Shown: positions 50,084 to 58,879 of the stretch, piece by piece | Position numbering within the stretch: the first letter of the stretch is position 1 | Layout of the letters: every line of letters begins with the position of its first letter | Origin: a candidate division WOR-3 bacterium | GTDB taxonomy: Bacteria > Hydrothermota > Tepidihabitantia > Tepidihabitantales > Tepidihabitantaceae | DNA length: 59,968 bases | NCBI GenBank assembly: GCA_965649165.1 | Contig: CBFGJT010000008.1 | Location: 1 to 59,968 of the forward strand | Direction: 5' to 3' | Notes under the pieces: generated by a model | Seen by the model: the letters and a program-made list of their open reading frames with translations, nothing else | The model's database searches: none | Told to the model about the DNA's origin: nothing | Made by a program: the position numbers and the translations under genes

Positions 50084-51674
50084 TGCCGTTGCTGGTGGCA
50101 GCGCGGATATTTACCAGATAGATCCCGGCGGGCAGAGGACGGAGTCGGTCATCAGTGCCGTCCCATTTGAGGTCATAATAACCACCAGGCGCATCTCTTA
50201 ACAACTGGCGCACCCGGCTGCCTCTGAGGTCGTAAATTTCTACTGTCAGCCGGTAACCGGTGCGCGGTGAGTTAAACTGCAAGGTCAGATACTGACCGTC
50301 TTCGGCCACAAACGGGTTGGGAAAGATGGTGTCAATAGTCAGTTTTTCTGCCGGTTCAAAGGCAGCGGTTGTGTCGATGATGTCAGTGGCAAACCGGGGC
50401 AGGAGCTGATAGCCGGTATTATATGGTTCTTCGGGGTCATACTGGCCCACAATGCCGGTAATCCGCAGACGTCTGCCGGTGGTGAGCCAGTTTACTGGAA
50501 TCCCGGTGTTATCACCGATTCGGATTGCGATTGCCGGAGTTCCGTTTTTGATCGTCAGGTTCCAGCCGGAGCCGGAGCGTACTGGCGCCGCAACAACATC
50601 TCCCACTACTGTTAGCAGGTCGCTTTCCATCGCTTCTGTGAGCGGGGTATTAAAGGGAAGGATGCGGGGCTGGACGGGTTGAGGCAGATTATCAGTGACC
50701 CAGATGGCGCCATCGGCAATTTCTGTCAGTCCGTTGTATTCAGTGACCCTACCGATGACAGTAAATTCAGCACCCAGCGAATCAAGGTAGGGGGACTGCT
50801 CAGCGGTAGTAGCACAGTTGTAGATGTTGATGCCTCGGGTCTGATCCTGAACATAAAGACTGGTGTTAGTGCCGGTGGTAAACACCCGTGCCGGACCGGT
50901 GAGCCGGCCCTGAACCCGGACCCACTGATTGAGAAGTCGGGGGGTGACCCCATCCGGGCCAGGCGACTGGACCTGAGCGATGGTAAAAAGAGGGATACTT
51001 TCCGCAGAGCGGGAGAAGTCGGTGCGGAACCGGGGCAGCAACTGATAGCCAGTGAGCGGCTGAGCGGTATCACCGGTGTACTGACTTTTGATGGCGATGA
51101 GGGTGAATGTGTCCGGATAGCATATGAAGCCGGGTATAGGGGTTTCAGTATCGATCCGGACCTGAGTGGTGCCGGTCGAGTCCTCAAGGACATAATTGGT
51201 GCCGCCCTGAAGGAAAAGGCTACTGATGCGGACACCGGAGAGCTTCACCAGTTCACCTTCATAAAGTTCGCGGTTGATTTCGCTGCAGGTGAGCGGTCTC
51301 GGTTCAGGGAGGGGGCGGTTTTTCGCCAGAACGGTGATGGTGGCGTTGGTGAGCTCGGTTTTGCCCCGGTACCAGTCGATCCGTCCGTTTACGAGCACGC
51401 TGTCTCCAAGATCGGCGTTCTGGAATGTAAAGCTGAAGACATTGATGCCGGCGCTGGTGTCCTGAAGGTAGATGTCAGTGTAACGGGTATCAAAAAGGGA
51501 GTCGGGTGCGGTGACAATACCGGTGAGAGTGACTTCCTGTCCACGGCGGTCGGGCTTGCCGTTGCCATCCGCATCTTCAATTGCCCAGCGAATTGGTACC
51601 GGCTGGGCGTAAATTGCGAGGGTCATCAAAACCGTACTGATCAAGTTTAATCTGACGATTTGACGGTGGATCAT
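50034..51674 (-). CDS. secreted protein with internally duplicated OB-fold pairs and C-terminal FlgD-Ig/T9SS-like domain
   Basis: repeats YLQDTSAGINVF/YVQDQTRGINIY and GYQLLPRFRTD/GYQLLPRFATD; tail FPNPF...IYDLRG...WDGTD...AGIYLV. Confidence 0.7.
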   Translation of the reverse strand: MIHRQIVRLNLISTVLMTLAIYAQPVPIRWAIEDADGNGKPDRRGQEVTLTGIVTAPDSLFDTRYTDIYLQDTSAGINVFSFTFQNADLGDSVLVNGRIDWYRGKTELTNATITVLAKNRPLPEPRPLTCSEINRELYEGELVKLSGVRISSLFLQGGTNYVLEDSTGTTQVRIDTETPIPGFICYPDTFTLIAIKSQYTGDTAQPLTGYQLLPRFRTDFSRSAESIPLFTIAQVQSPGPDGVTPRLLNQWVRVQGRLTGPARVFTTGTNTSLYVQDQTRGINIYNCATTAEQSPYLDSLGAEFTVIGRVTEYNGLTEIADGAIWVTDNLPQPVQPRILPFNTPLTEAMESDLLTVVGDVVAAPVRSGSGWNLTIKNGTPAIAIRIGDNTGIPVNWLTTGRRLRITGIVGQYDPEEPYNTGYQLLPRFATDIIDTTAAFEPAEKLTIDTIFPNPFVAEDGQYLTLQFNSPRTGYRLTVEIYDLRGSRVRQLLRDAPGGYYDLKWDGTDDRLRPLPAGIYLVNIRAATSNGTNETCTRPIALGVDLR

Positions 51675-52927
51675 TTTCTGTTTGCCCTGGTGATCTGCCG
51701 GGCAGCTTCGTCAAGTACTGTCTGGGCATCAGTTCCGGTGCGAATAATTCTCTCCAGGGCGTCTCCGAGAATCCTTCTGCCGGCAAACCAGAATTCAGTT
51801 TTTGGTTCAAATGCGAGGTAGTCCAGCTGTTTCAGGGCAAGTTCCAGCCCGGGAAGTTCAGCTATTAATTTCCGGTATTCGGGGTGCGCAAGCGCACTGC
51901 GTCGAACCGGCACATAACCGGTCCGCACCGCCCATTTTGCCTGCTGTTCTGGCTCAACAAACCATTTGACAAACCTCCAGGCGGCGGCAAGCTGTTTCGG
52001 GGTTCCGGTGCGGAAGATGCCGATGTTGGTGCCATAGCCGATTACTGCGGGTCGGCCTTCAACAGGCAGGGGCGCGATACCGAGCTGGAAGGTCAGGTTC
52101 GGCTTGAGAAAGGCGTAGGAGACCGAGGTGGACTGAATGCAGGCGATCCTGCCGGCAAGAAAGTCGTTCTGAGGTTCGTAGCCGGCACCATAGTAGACAC
52201 TGGAGTCTTCATTGACCAGTGCAGCCAGAAATTGGGCAGCACGCACTCCGGCTTGGGAGTTAAACTCCGGCATGCCGGTGCTTTCATTGAGAAACCTGCC
52301 ACCCTGCTGAAGGAGTAGAGTGCCGAAAATTCCTTCGTTGACAATGCCGGCACCGCCGTATCTCCCGGTTTCGCGGTTGGTCAGACGCTTGAGCATGACT
52401 TGGAGTTCAGTCCAGGTTTGGGGAAATTGTTCATAGCCGGCCTTTCTGAGCTGCTCAATATTGTAGAAAAATACCGGGATCGATTTATTGAAGGGTAGAG
52501 TGACCAGCCGGTCGTTCCAGGTGTTGTTCTCAATGAATGCAGGGAAAAAATCGGCGAGCTCCTCGGGTGTTAGACCGTCAGAGGTATGGATGAATGAATC
52601 GATTAAAACCAGTTTGTTCAGTGCATAGAACTGGCTCGTCCAGGATTCATACATCTGAGCTAGATTGGGCGGGGCGTTGACCTGAACAGCACCCATCAGC
52701 TTCTGGGAGAGGCTAGAGTAGTTTGCCATCGATACCGGTTGAATGTCAATTTCCTGATGCTGAGTTTCAAATTCCTGAATCATTGCCTCGAGCGCACCCC
52801 CCAGCGGTCCGCCCATCGCATGCCAGAAGGTTACAATAATCTTCCTGTTCGCGGAAGGCTTCTTCTGGCTGTCACCACACCCAGTTATGAAAATAAAAGC
52901 AAATACGAGCATGAGGTAGCGGTCCAT
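51671..52927 (-). CDS. ABC solute-binding lipoprotein (UgpB/sugar-phosphate family 1), orphan
   Basis: lipobox ITGC, FWHAMGG, LPFNKS, FFYN, AAWRFVKW, TGYVP; start ATG 52927 lies 7 nt after TTGACT-16-TAAAAT. Confidence 0.88.
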   Translation of the reverse strand: MDRYLMLVFAFIFITGCGDSQKKPSANRKIIVTFWHAMGGPLGGALEAMIQEFETQHQEIDIQPVSMANYSSLSQKLMGAVQVNAPPNLAQMYESWTSQFYALNKLVLIDSFIHTSDGLTPEELADFFPAFIENNTWNDRLVTLPFNKSIPVFFYNIEQLRKAGYEQFPQTWTELQVMLKRLTNRETGRYGGAGIVNEGIFGTLLLQQGGRFLNESTGMPEFNSQAGVRAAQFLAALVNEDSSVYYGAGYEPQNDFLAGRIACIQSTSVSYAFLKPNLTFQLGIAPLPVEGRPAVIGYGTNIGIFRTGTPKQLAAAWRFVKWFVEPEQQAKWAVRTGYVPVRRSALAHPEYRKLIAELPGLELALKQLDYLAFEPKTEFWFAGRRILGDALERIIRTGTDAQTVLDEAARQITRANRK

Positions 52928-53252
52928 CAGCACAATTTTATTTGCCCCGGTGTATCAGTCAAATCATACCGAATGAACGTACACGAGATAAGCAGGAGTT
53001 TTTCCTGAGACTGGGTTCACGGAAGTACTGGCGAAGCGGTTAAGCGTATCGTTATGGCAGATAGCGGTACATGACCGGAAATGTCCAATCTTCCGAACAC
53101 AACATTTCAAGCAATTGAGATTAAAAGTGTTAAGCATACCGTTTAGCTTGAGATGCTAAAAAGCACTGCAGGCAGGCTCTAATTTTAGAATGTAAAAAAC
53201 TATCAGCAGGGAGAAAGTTCTGCGATTAAGGCAAATTGTGTTCTCTTAATTC

Positions 53253-53280
53253 TTGACCCTGTTTCTGTTCTCCGTATAAT
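53253..53280 (+). promoter_or_regulatory. leaderless promoter of trpS (TTGACC-16-TATAAT, 7 nt before ATG)
   Basis: near-consensus boxes; no SD. Confidence 0.8.
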
Positions 53281-53287
53281 CGGATAA

Positions 53288-54292
53288 ATGGAAAGAAAAC
53301 GGATTCTCACTGGCGACCGTCCCACCGGTCCGTTGCATCTGGGGCATTATGTGGGCTCGGTTGTCAACCGGGTGCAACTTCAGGACCAGTATGATACCTT
53401 CATTATCATTGCCGATGTTCAGGCACTGACCACCAATTTTGATCAGCCGGAGCGGTTGCGTCAGGATGTGCTGAATGTAGCAATGGATAATATTGCCTGC
53501 GGCGTTGATCCTGAGAAGGTGACTATTTTTGTTCAGTCCATGGTGCCGGCAATTGCGGAACTGACTGTTATCTTTGCCAACCTGGTTACCGTGCAGCAGC
53601 TTTTACATAATCCGACAATCAAGACCGAGGCGCGGCAGTATAATTTTGAGGAATCCATGCCCTACGGGTTTCTGGGGTATCCGGTGAGTCAGGCCGCAGA
53701 TATTCTGTTCTGCCGGGCACACCTGGTGCCGGTTGGAGAGGATCAGGCACCGCATATTGAGCTGACCAGAAAGATTGCGCGCAAGTTCAATGCAATCTAT
53801 GCACCGGTATTTCCCGAGCCGGAGCAGATTCTCAATCCCCGGCTAATCGGACTGGATGGTAATGCGAAGATGTCCAAAAGTCTAGGTAATGCAATTTATC
53901 TTTCGGATACCCCGGCTGAGGTGAAGCGGAAGGTGGGAACGGCGGTGACCGATCCGGCACGGATTCACCCGACCGATCCGGGTCATCCGGAGGTGTGTGT
54001 TGTTTATGCCTATCATCAGACATTTAATCGAGATGAAGTGTCTGAGATTGAAGCACGATGCCGGGCAGGAAAGATCGGCTGTGTCCCGTGTAAAGGGCGT
54101 TTGACCGAGGTGCTGATCCGGTTTCTGGAGCCGATCCGGGAGCGCCGGGTAGAACTGGAGAAAAATCCGGATCTGGTCTGGGGTATCCTGCAGAAAGGAA
54201 CCGCTCGTGCCCGGGCTGAAGGTGAGAGGACAATGGCGTTAGTCCGGGAGGCGGTGAAGATTGACTATTTTCTGATTCCGGAAAGAGACTGA
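53288..54292 (+). CDS. trpS: tryptophan--tRNA ligase
   Basis: TGDRPTGPLHLGH, YPVSQAADI, VPVGEDQ, KMSKS. Confidence 0.97.
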   Translation: MERKRILTGDRPTGPLHLGHYVGSVVNRVQLQDQYDTFIIIADVQALTTNFDQPERLRQDVLNVAMDNIACGVDPEKVTIFVQSMVPAIAELTVIFANLVTVQQLLHNPTIKTEARQYNFEESMPYGFLGYPVSQAADILFCRAHLVPVGEDQAPHIELTRKIARKFNAIYAPVFPEPEQILNPRLIGLDGNAKMSKSLGNAIYLSDTPAEVKRKVGTAVTDPARIHPTDPGHPEVCVVYAYHQTFNRDEVSEIEARCRAGKIGCVPCKGRLTEVLIRFLEPIRERRVELEKNPDLVWGILQKGTARARAEGERTMALVREAVKIDYFLIPERD

Positions 54293-54298
54293 TAAAAG

Positions 54299-54976
54299 GT
54301 GGTTAAGAGCGGAGAGCCCGGCTACGGAATTATCTTAGCCTCAGGCCGGGGCAGGAGATTCGGGGGGTTGAAGCAGTTCGCACTGCTTCGGGGACAGCCG
54401 CTGATTTATTACAGCCTGCAAGCGTTTGAGCGTTGTGCGGCAATCCGAGGGTATGTCGTAGTTACCAATCCGAGTAAAATCAAGCAGGTCCGGAAAATGG
54501 TAGCGGGGCTGCGGTTAAGAAAAGTAATGGATGTGGTTTGTGGGGGGGGAGAGCGGATGGACTCGGTGATACTAGGGTTGGCAGTGCTACCGGAGGATGG
54601 ATATGTGGCGGTTCATGATGCGGCACGGCCGTTGATTACTGTTCCAATGCTGACGCTGGGGTTGAAAGCGGTGCGTAAGACCGGTGCGGTTGCCTTTGGT
54701 TTGCCAATAACCGACACTATTAAAGAGGTGATAGAAGGCAGGATTGTACGCACCGTTGACCGTTCCGGTCTGGTAGCAATTCAGACACCCCAGTTCTTTG
54801 ATCTGGGGATTTTGCGCCAGGGATATGCAAAAGGCAGAAATCAGGGAATGCTGATAACTGATGACTGTCAGGCGGTGGAACTGTTGGGACTTTCTCCTGC
54901 TGTGATCATCAACACCAGGCCGAATCTGAAGGTGACTTACCCTGAGGACTTGCGACTGTGTGAAGTACTGTTATGA
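54299..54976 (+). CDS. ispD: 2-C-methyl-D-erythritol 4-phosphate cytidylyltransferase
   Basis: ASGRGRRFG, KQF, GGGERMDSV, VHDAARP, QTPQ, TDD, NLKVTYPED. Confidence 0.93.
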   Translation: MVKSGEPGYGIILASGRGRRFGGLKQFALLRGQPLIYYSLQAFERCAAIRGYVVVTNPSKIKQVRKMVAGLRLRKVMDVVCGGGERMDSVILGLAVLPEDGYVAVHDAARPLITVPMLTLGLKAVRKTGAVAFGLPITDTIKEVIEGRIVRTVDRSGLVAIQTPQFFDLGILRQGYAKGRNQGMLITDDCQAVELLGLSPAVIINTRPNLKVTYPEDLRLCEVLL

Positions 54977-56133
54977 AAAAAGCAAAAATTGCGGTTTTCG
55001 GTTCTACCGGTTCGGTGGGGAGGTCTTCGCTGGCAGTAATTGAACACCTTTCGGATCGGTTTCAACTGACAGCGATTGCTGCCCATCAGTCAGTGGCGGA
55101 AATCTGCCTTCAGGCGGAGCGGTATCAGCCCAAGTTTATACTGCTAAGTGATGTGCAGGCGGCCGAACGGGTAGAATCAAGGTTGGGGAGGCGTTTCCAC
55201 GTGCTGGGTGGTATGCAAGCGCTGGAACAGTTTGCGGGCAGTGATGAAATCGATACGCTGGTGATGGCTATGTCCGGCACCGGAGGGCTTGGTGCGGTGC
55301 TGGCGGCATTGCGTCAGGGTAAGAGGGTGGCTCTGGCAAACAAGGAGTTACTAGTTGTTTATGGTGAACCGTTGATGAGAGTTTCCCAGCGTTGTCACGG
55401 CACGGTGCTGCCCGTTGACTCCGAACTGGCTGGTATTCATCAGTGTCTTGAGGGTCGAGACATTTCTGAGGTCCGCCGTGTTATCCTCACCGCTTCGGGC
55501 GGGCCGTTCCGCCGGACCGGACCGCCGGCAGATGCTAGGGTGCGGCAGGTGCTGCGTCACCCGGTTTGGAAAATGGGCAAGAAAATTACTGTTGATTCGG
55601 CGACGCTGATGAACAAGGGGCTGGAAGTGATTGAGACCGTCCGGCTTTTCGGGTTCAGTCCGGACCAGGTGAAAGCGGTAATTCACCCGGAATCAGTAGT
55701 GCATGCTCTGGTTGAATTCAGGGACGGTTCATTTCTGGCTCAGCTGTCAGTGCCGGATATGCGACTGCCAATTCAATATTGCCTGACATGGCCGGAACGG
55801 CAGGGTTCGCTTGTCCAGTTTCTGGATATTGAACAGGGGATGAAACTGCACTTTATGCCGGTTGATCAGGTGCGATTTCCCTGCGTTCAGCTGGCATACC
55901 GGGCACTGGCTGCCGGCAGCGGCGGAACCTGTGCGCTTAATGCTGCCAATGATGTTGCGGTAGAAGCGTTTCTCCAGGGGCAGATTGCCTTCGGGGAAAT
56001 CCCAGGTATAATCAGACAGACATTAGCGCAGTTTACTGGCGAGAAAAAAAGAAAGCGGTTTTCTTTCTCCCTACTGCAGCAGCTGGAGCGGCGGGCAGGA
56101 GAGTTCGCCCGCAAACTGATCGGAATTAACTGA
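54973..56133 (+). CDS. dxr: 1-deoxy-D-xylulose 5-phosphate reductoisomerase
   Basis: GSTGSVG, LANKE, LPVDSE, LTASGGPF, HPVWKMGKKITVDSATLMNKGLE, PDMRLPI. Confidence 0.96.
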   Translation: MKKAKIAVFGSTGSVGRSSLAVIEHLSDRFQLTAIAAHQSVAEICLQAERYQPKFILLSDVQAAERVESRLGRRFHVLGGMQALEQFAGSDEIDTLVMAMSGTGGLGAVLAALRQGKRVALANKELLVVYGEPLMRVSQRCHGTVLPVDSELAGIHQCLEGRDISEVRRVILTASGGPFRRTGPPADARVRQVLRHPVWKMGKKITVDSATLMNKGLEVIETVRLFGFSPDQVKAVIHPESVVHALVEFRDGSFLAQLSVPDMRLPIQYCLTWPERQGSLVQFLDIEQGMKLHFMPVDQVRFPCVQLAYRALAAGSGGTCALNAANDVAVEAFLQGQIAFGEIPGIIRQTLAQFTGEKKRKRFSFSLLQQLERRAGEFARKLIGIN

Positions 56134-56143
56134 AAGGAAGGAG

Positions 56144-57412
56144 ATGTTTACATCCCTGAGTACGCTCGGACTGGTGGCGATTTTTATCGGCGTACTGATT
56201 ACTATTCATGAATTCGGGCATCTAATCGTAGCCAAGCTGGTTCGGATTCCGGTTGACTCGTTTTCCATTGGTTTCGGTCCGGTAATACTGAAGAGGCGTA
56301 TCGGTGAAACTGAGTACCGGCTTTCACTCGTGCCACTCGGTGGATACATTAAAATGATTGGTGAGGATAATCCGGCGCAGGGAGGATTTAGCAGTAAGCC
56401 GGTCGGAGTCCGGGTAGCGGTGGTTGCTGCCGGTCCATTCTTCAATCTTATGCTGGGCTTTGTTCTGATTGTAGCTATGTATCTCATTTTCGGAGTTACT
56501 TCAGTCTCACCGCTGGTAACCCCTTTACCTGGCAGCGGAGCGGAGGTGGCAGGGTTGCAGGCAGGGGACCGGATACTTGCAGTTGCCGATGATACTGTTC
56601 CGGATTTTGAAACCTTGCAGCAGCTCCTGATGAAGCATCGGGGGGAAGAGGTTGCAGTCACGGCTCGACGGGGGGACAACAGGTTGGTTTTCCAGTATCT
56701 GGTTCCCGAAACACTGGAACTGGAGCCGTTCATTCCACCGGTGATTGACCGGGTGCGCGCCGGGAGTCCGGCGGCAAGACTCGGGCTTCGTCCTGGCGAC
56801 CGTATACTGACGGTCGGGGGGAATGAGGTTCAGAGCTGGGAACAGTTTGTCAGTGTGGTTCGCGAGCATGGCGCGGTGCCGATTGAACTTCGGTGGCAGC
56901 GGGGAGAATCTCTGTATGTCGATTCAATCGTTCCGGTGCTGGAGCAGGATCAGCTGACTCGGGAACGGTTTGGCCAGATCGGGGTCTGGGTGCGTCTGCC
57001 CCGCAGGACGATGTCGCTGCCGCAGGCTGTGTGGGACGGGGCAAGGCGTACCGGCTACATAACGGTTCAGACCTTCGTAATCATTTACAAGGTGATTACC
57101 CGGAAGATATCCTCTCGGGCGATTGGTGGACCGATCATGGTTGCCAAGATTGCCTGGGAAGGAGCGAGCTGGGGATGGGAGTATTTTCTGGCGCTCTGGG
57201 CGCTGCTCTCCATCAATCTGTTTGTTGTCAATATGTTGCCGGTGCCGGTGCTCGATGGGGGACGGATTCTGCTGGATGTTGTTGCCGGTATTCGGCGTCG
57301 GCCGTTTTCCGACCGGGAACTCACTTGGGCGAACAGCTTCGGCTGGGCTGTGATTGGGATACTTGTGGCGCTTACGCTGCTTAATGATCTCAGACGGCTG
57401 CTTTTCAAGTGA
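56144..57412 (+). CDS. rseP: RIP metalloprotease RseP
   Basis: HEFGH, PLGGYIKM, AGPFFN, two PDZ domains, GPI, NMLPVPVLDGG. Confidence 0.95.
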   Translation: MFTSLSTLGLVAIFIGVLITIHEFGHLIVAKLVRIPVDSFSIGFGPVILKRRIGETEYRLSLVPLGGYIKMIGEDNPAQGGFSSKPVGVRVAVVAAGPFFNLMLGFVLIVAMYLIFGVTSVSPLVTPLPGSGAEVAGLQAGDRILAVADDTVPDFETLQQLLMKHRGEEVAVTARRGDNRLVFQYLVPETLELEPFIPPVIDRVRAGSPAARLGLRPGDRILTVGGNEVQSWEQFVSVVREHGAVPIELRWQRGESLYVDSIVPVLEQDQLTRERFGQIGVWVRLPRRTMSLPQAVWDGARRTGYITVQTFVIIYKVITRKISSRAIGGPIMVAKIAWEGASWGWEYFLALWALLSINLFVVNMLPVPVLDGGRILLDVVAGIRRRPFSDRELTWANSFGWAVIGILVALTLLNDLRRLLFK

Positions 57413-58629
57413 GAATTCTTGGCGTGGCGGCTGCCCCGGAGCCGCAGCAGTTTATCGAGGGGTTCCCGCCTCGGGGTGCCCGTCTTTTTCTGTGTCCGGA
57501 CCTGGAAATCTGCCGTCTGGCAGCGCTGACTCCGGATGATGAGTTTGACTACCAAGATGAACGGCTGCAGGTAATAACCACCAGCGATTACGAGCTGGTG
57601 GTGGTGCGGGTGGATTTTAATTGTGAAAATTCGGCTCGGGTACTGACGGAGCGTTTCTTTGAGGCGCAGGTACCGGTGGTGCTTTTCGGACCCCAGGTGA
57701 CTGCCTGGGGAGATAATCCGCCGGGTTGGGTGCGGTTCCGTGTCTGTGGTGATATCGTGCTCGTCTGGGACCGTATCCGTGAAGATGCCCGGCAGGGTCG
57801 GCTGCTTCCCTGTTACTCTGCTCCCCATCAGCTGCACTATGTCGTTCCTAAACTGATATTCCCCAAGCCCCGTATGATGAACGTTAACTATCAGGTAGTA
57901 CAGTTTGTGCGCGGTTGTGCCTGTCCCGATCGTTTCCGACCGGTGTGTCCGGAATTTCTTTATTATGGTGAACAGGTAGCATTCCGGCAGAAGGATGAAA
58001 TTATCGGCGAAGTTCTGGCACTACCGAAAAAACACATCCGGCTGCTGGACGAAGATATCGCACGGTATCCTGAATACTACTACGCGCTATTTCGTATCCT
58101 CTGGCGATTTCGTCGCCACTGGACTGTTAATGCCAGCAGCCGGCTTTTTGAATATCCCCAGCTGGTCCGGATGCTGGCTAAAGCCGGCGTGAAAATTATT
58201 TACCTCAATGAAAGTTTCCTTGATCCCTGGCTGGAGGAAGCACTGAAAAGTCCGACATTGGCAAAGCGACTCTACCGCCAGGTAAAGTTTCTTCATGCGC
58301 GGCGCATTCTTGTGGGCGCACGGATTACGCTGCCTGACTCAGGTGTGGACTACCGCCGCATTGCCGGACTTCTCGTTAGGACCGACCTGGATTTCATTGA
58401 AGCCCGTTTTGTCGACCAGAACTGCCGGCTCGTACCGGTGAGATATCATCCGATGGTTCAGACCGACGAACCTGCCTGGATTAAAAGCCGGTTTTATGCC
58501 TTAGATTCACTGTTGGACCGCTTTGTCCGTCGTCCTCGCCGAGTCGGCTTTTATTCAACTATCTGGTACCTGATACCCTACAGTCTGGCTTACCGTCAGA
58601 ATTTTCTCGAAGGTCTGGACCGCCCCTAA
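57409..58629 (+). CDS. divergent B12-binding/radical-SAM-like protein lacking canonical CxxxCxxC
   Basis: LAALTP, VVLFGP, QFVRGC, LLDED, LAKAG layout of class-B radical SAM proteins, but the Cys motif is CACx7C. Confidence 0.6.
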   Translation: MRILGVAAAPEPQQFIEGFPPRGARLFLCPDLEICRLAALTPDDEFDYQDERLQVITTSDYELVVVRVDFNCENSARVLTERFFEAQVPVVLFGPQVTAWGDNPPGWVRFRVCGDIVLVWDRIREDARQGRLLPCYSAPHQLHYVVPKLIFPKPRMMNVNYQVVQFVRGCACPDRFRPVCPEFLYYGEQVAFRQKDEIIGEVLALPKKHIRLLDEDIARYPEYYYALFRILWRFRRHWTVNASSRLFEYPQLVRMLAKAGVKIIYLNESFLDPWLEEALKSPTLAKRLYRQVKFLHARRILVGARITLPDSGVDYRRIAGLLVRTDLDFIEARFVDQNCRLVPVRYHPMVQTDEPAWIKSRFYALDSLLDRFVRRPRRVGFYSTIWYLIPYSLAYRQNFLEGLDRP

Positions 58630-58639
58630 GCTGTCGACT

Positions 58640-58879
58640 TTAAAGGACCGGTTCTACCTGCTGTACTTCCGGAATCAGTTCCTTGAGCGTTTTTTCCACC
58701 CCTGCTGCCAGAGTCAAACTGGAAAATGGACAATGGGCGCAGGCACCTGTTAGGCGAACTCGCACAACACCATTATCTTCAATACTTACTAGTTCAATAC
58801 TCCCGCCATCAAGTGCAAGAGACGGTTTGATTTTCTGTTCAATAACCTGTTTAATCCGCTGCCGGGTTTCTTCGGTCAT
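58640..58879 (-). CDS. NifU C-terminal (Nfu) domain Fe-S carrier protein
   Basis: start MTEET at 58879; IKPSLALDGGSIEL, LTGACAHCP, TLAAGVE. Confidence 0.9.
   Translation of the reverse strand: MTEETRQRIKQVIEQKIKPSLALDGGSIELVSIEDNGVVRVRLTGACAHCPFSSLTLAAGVEKTLKELIPEVQQVEPVL

Noticed and set aside
52963-53287. T-box leader for trpS (and likewise for alaS and lysS)
   Set aside because: No AAnnnGGGTGGnACC T-box or terminator; the promoters sit directly at the start codons
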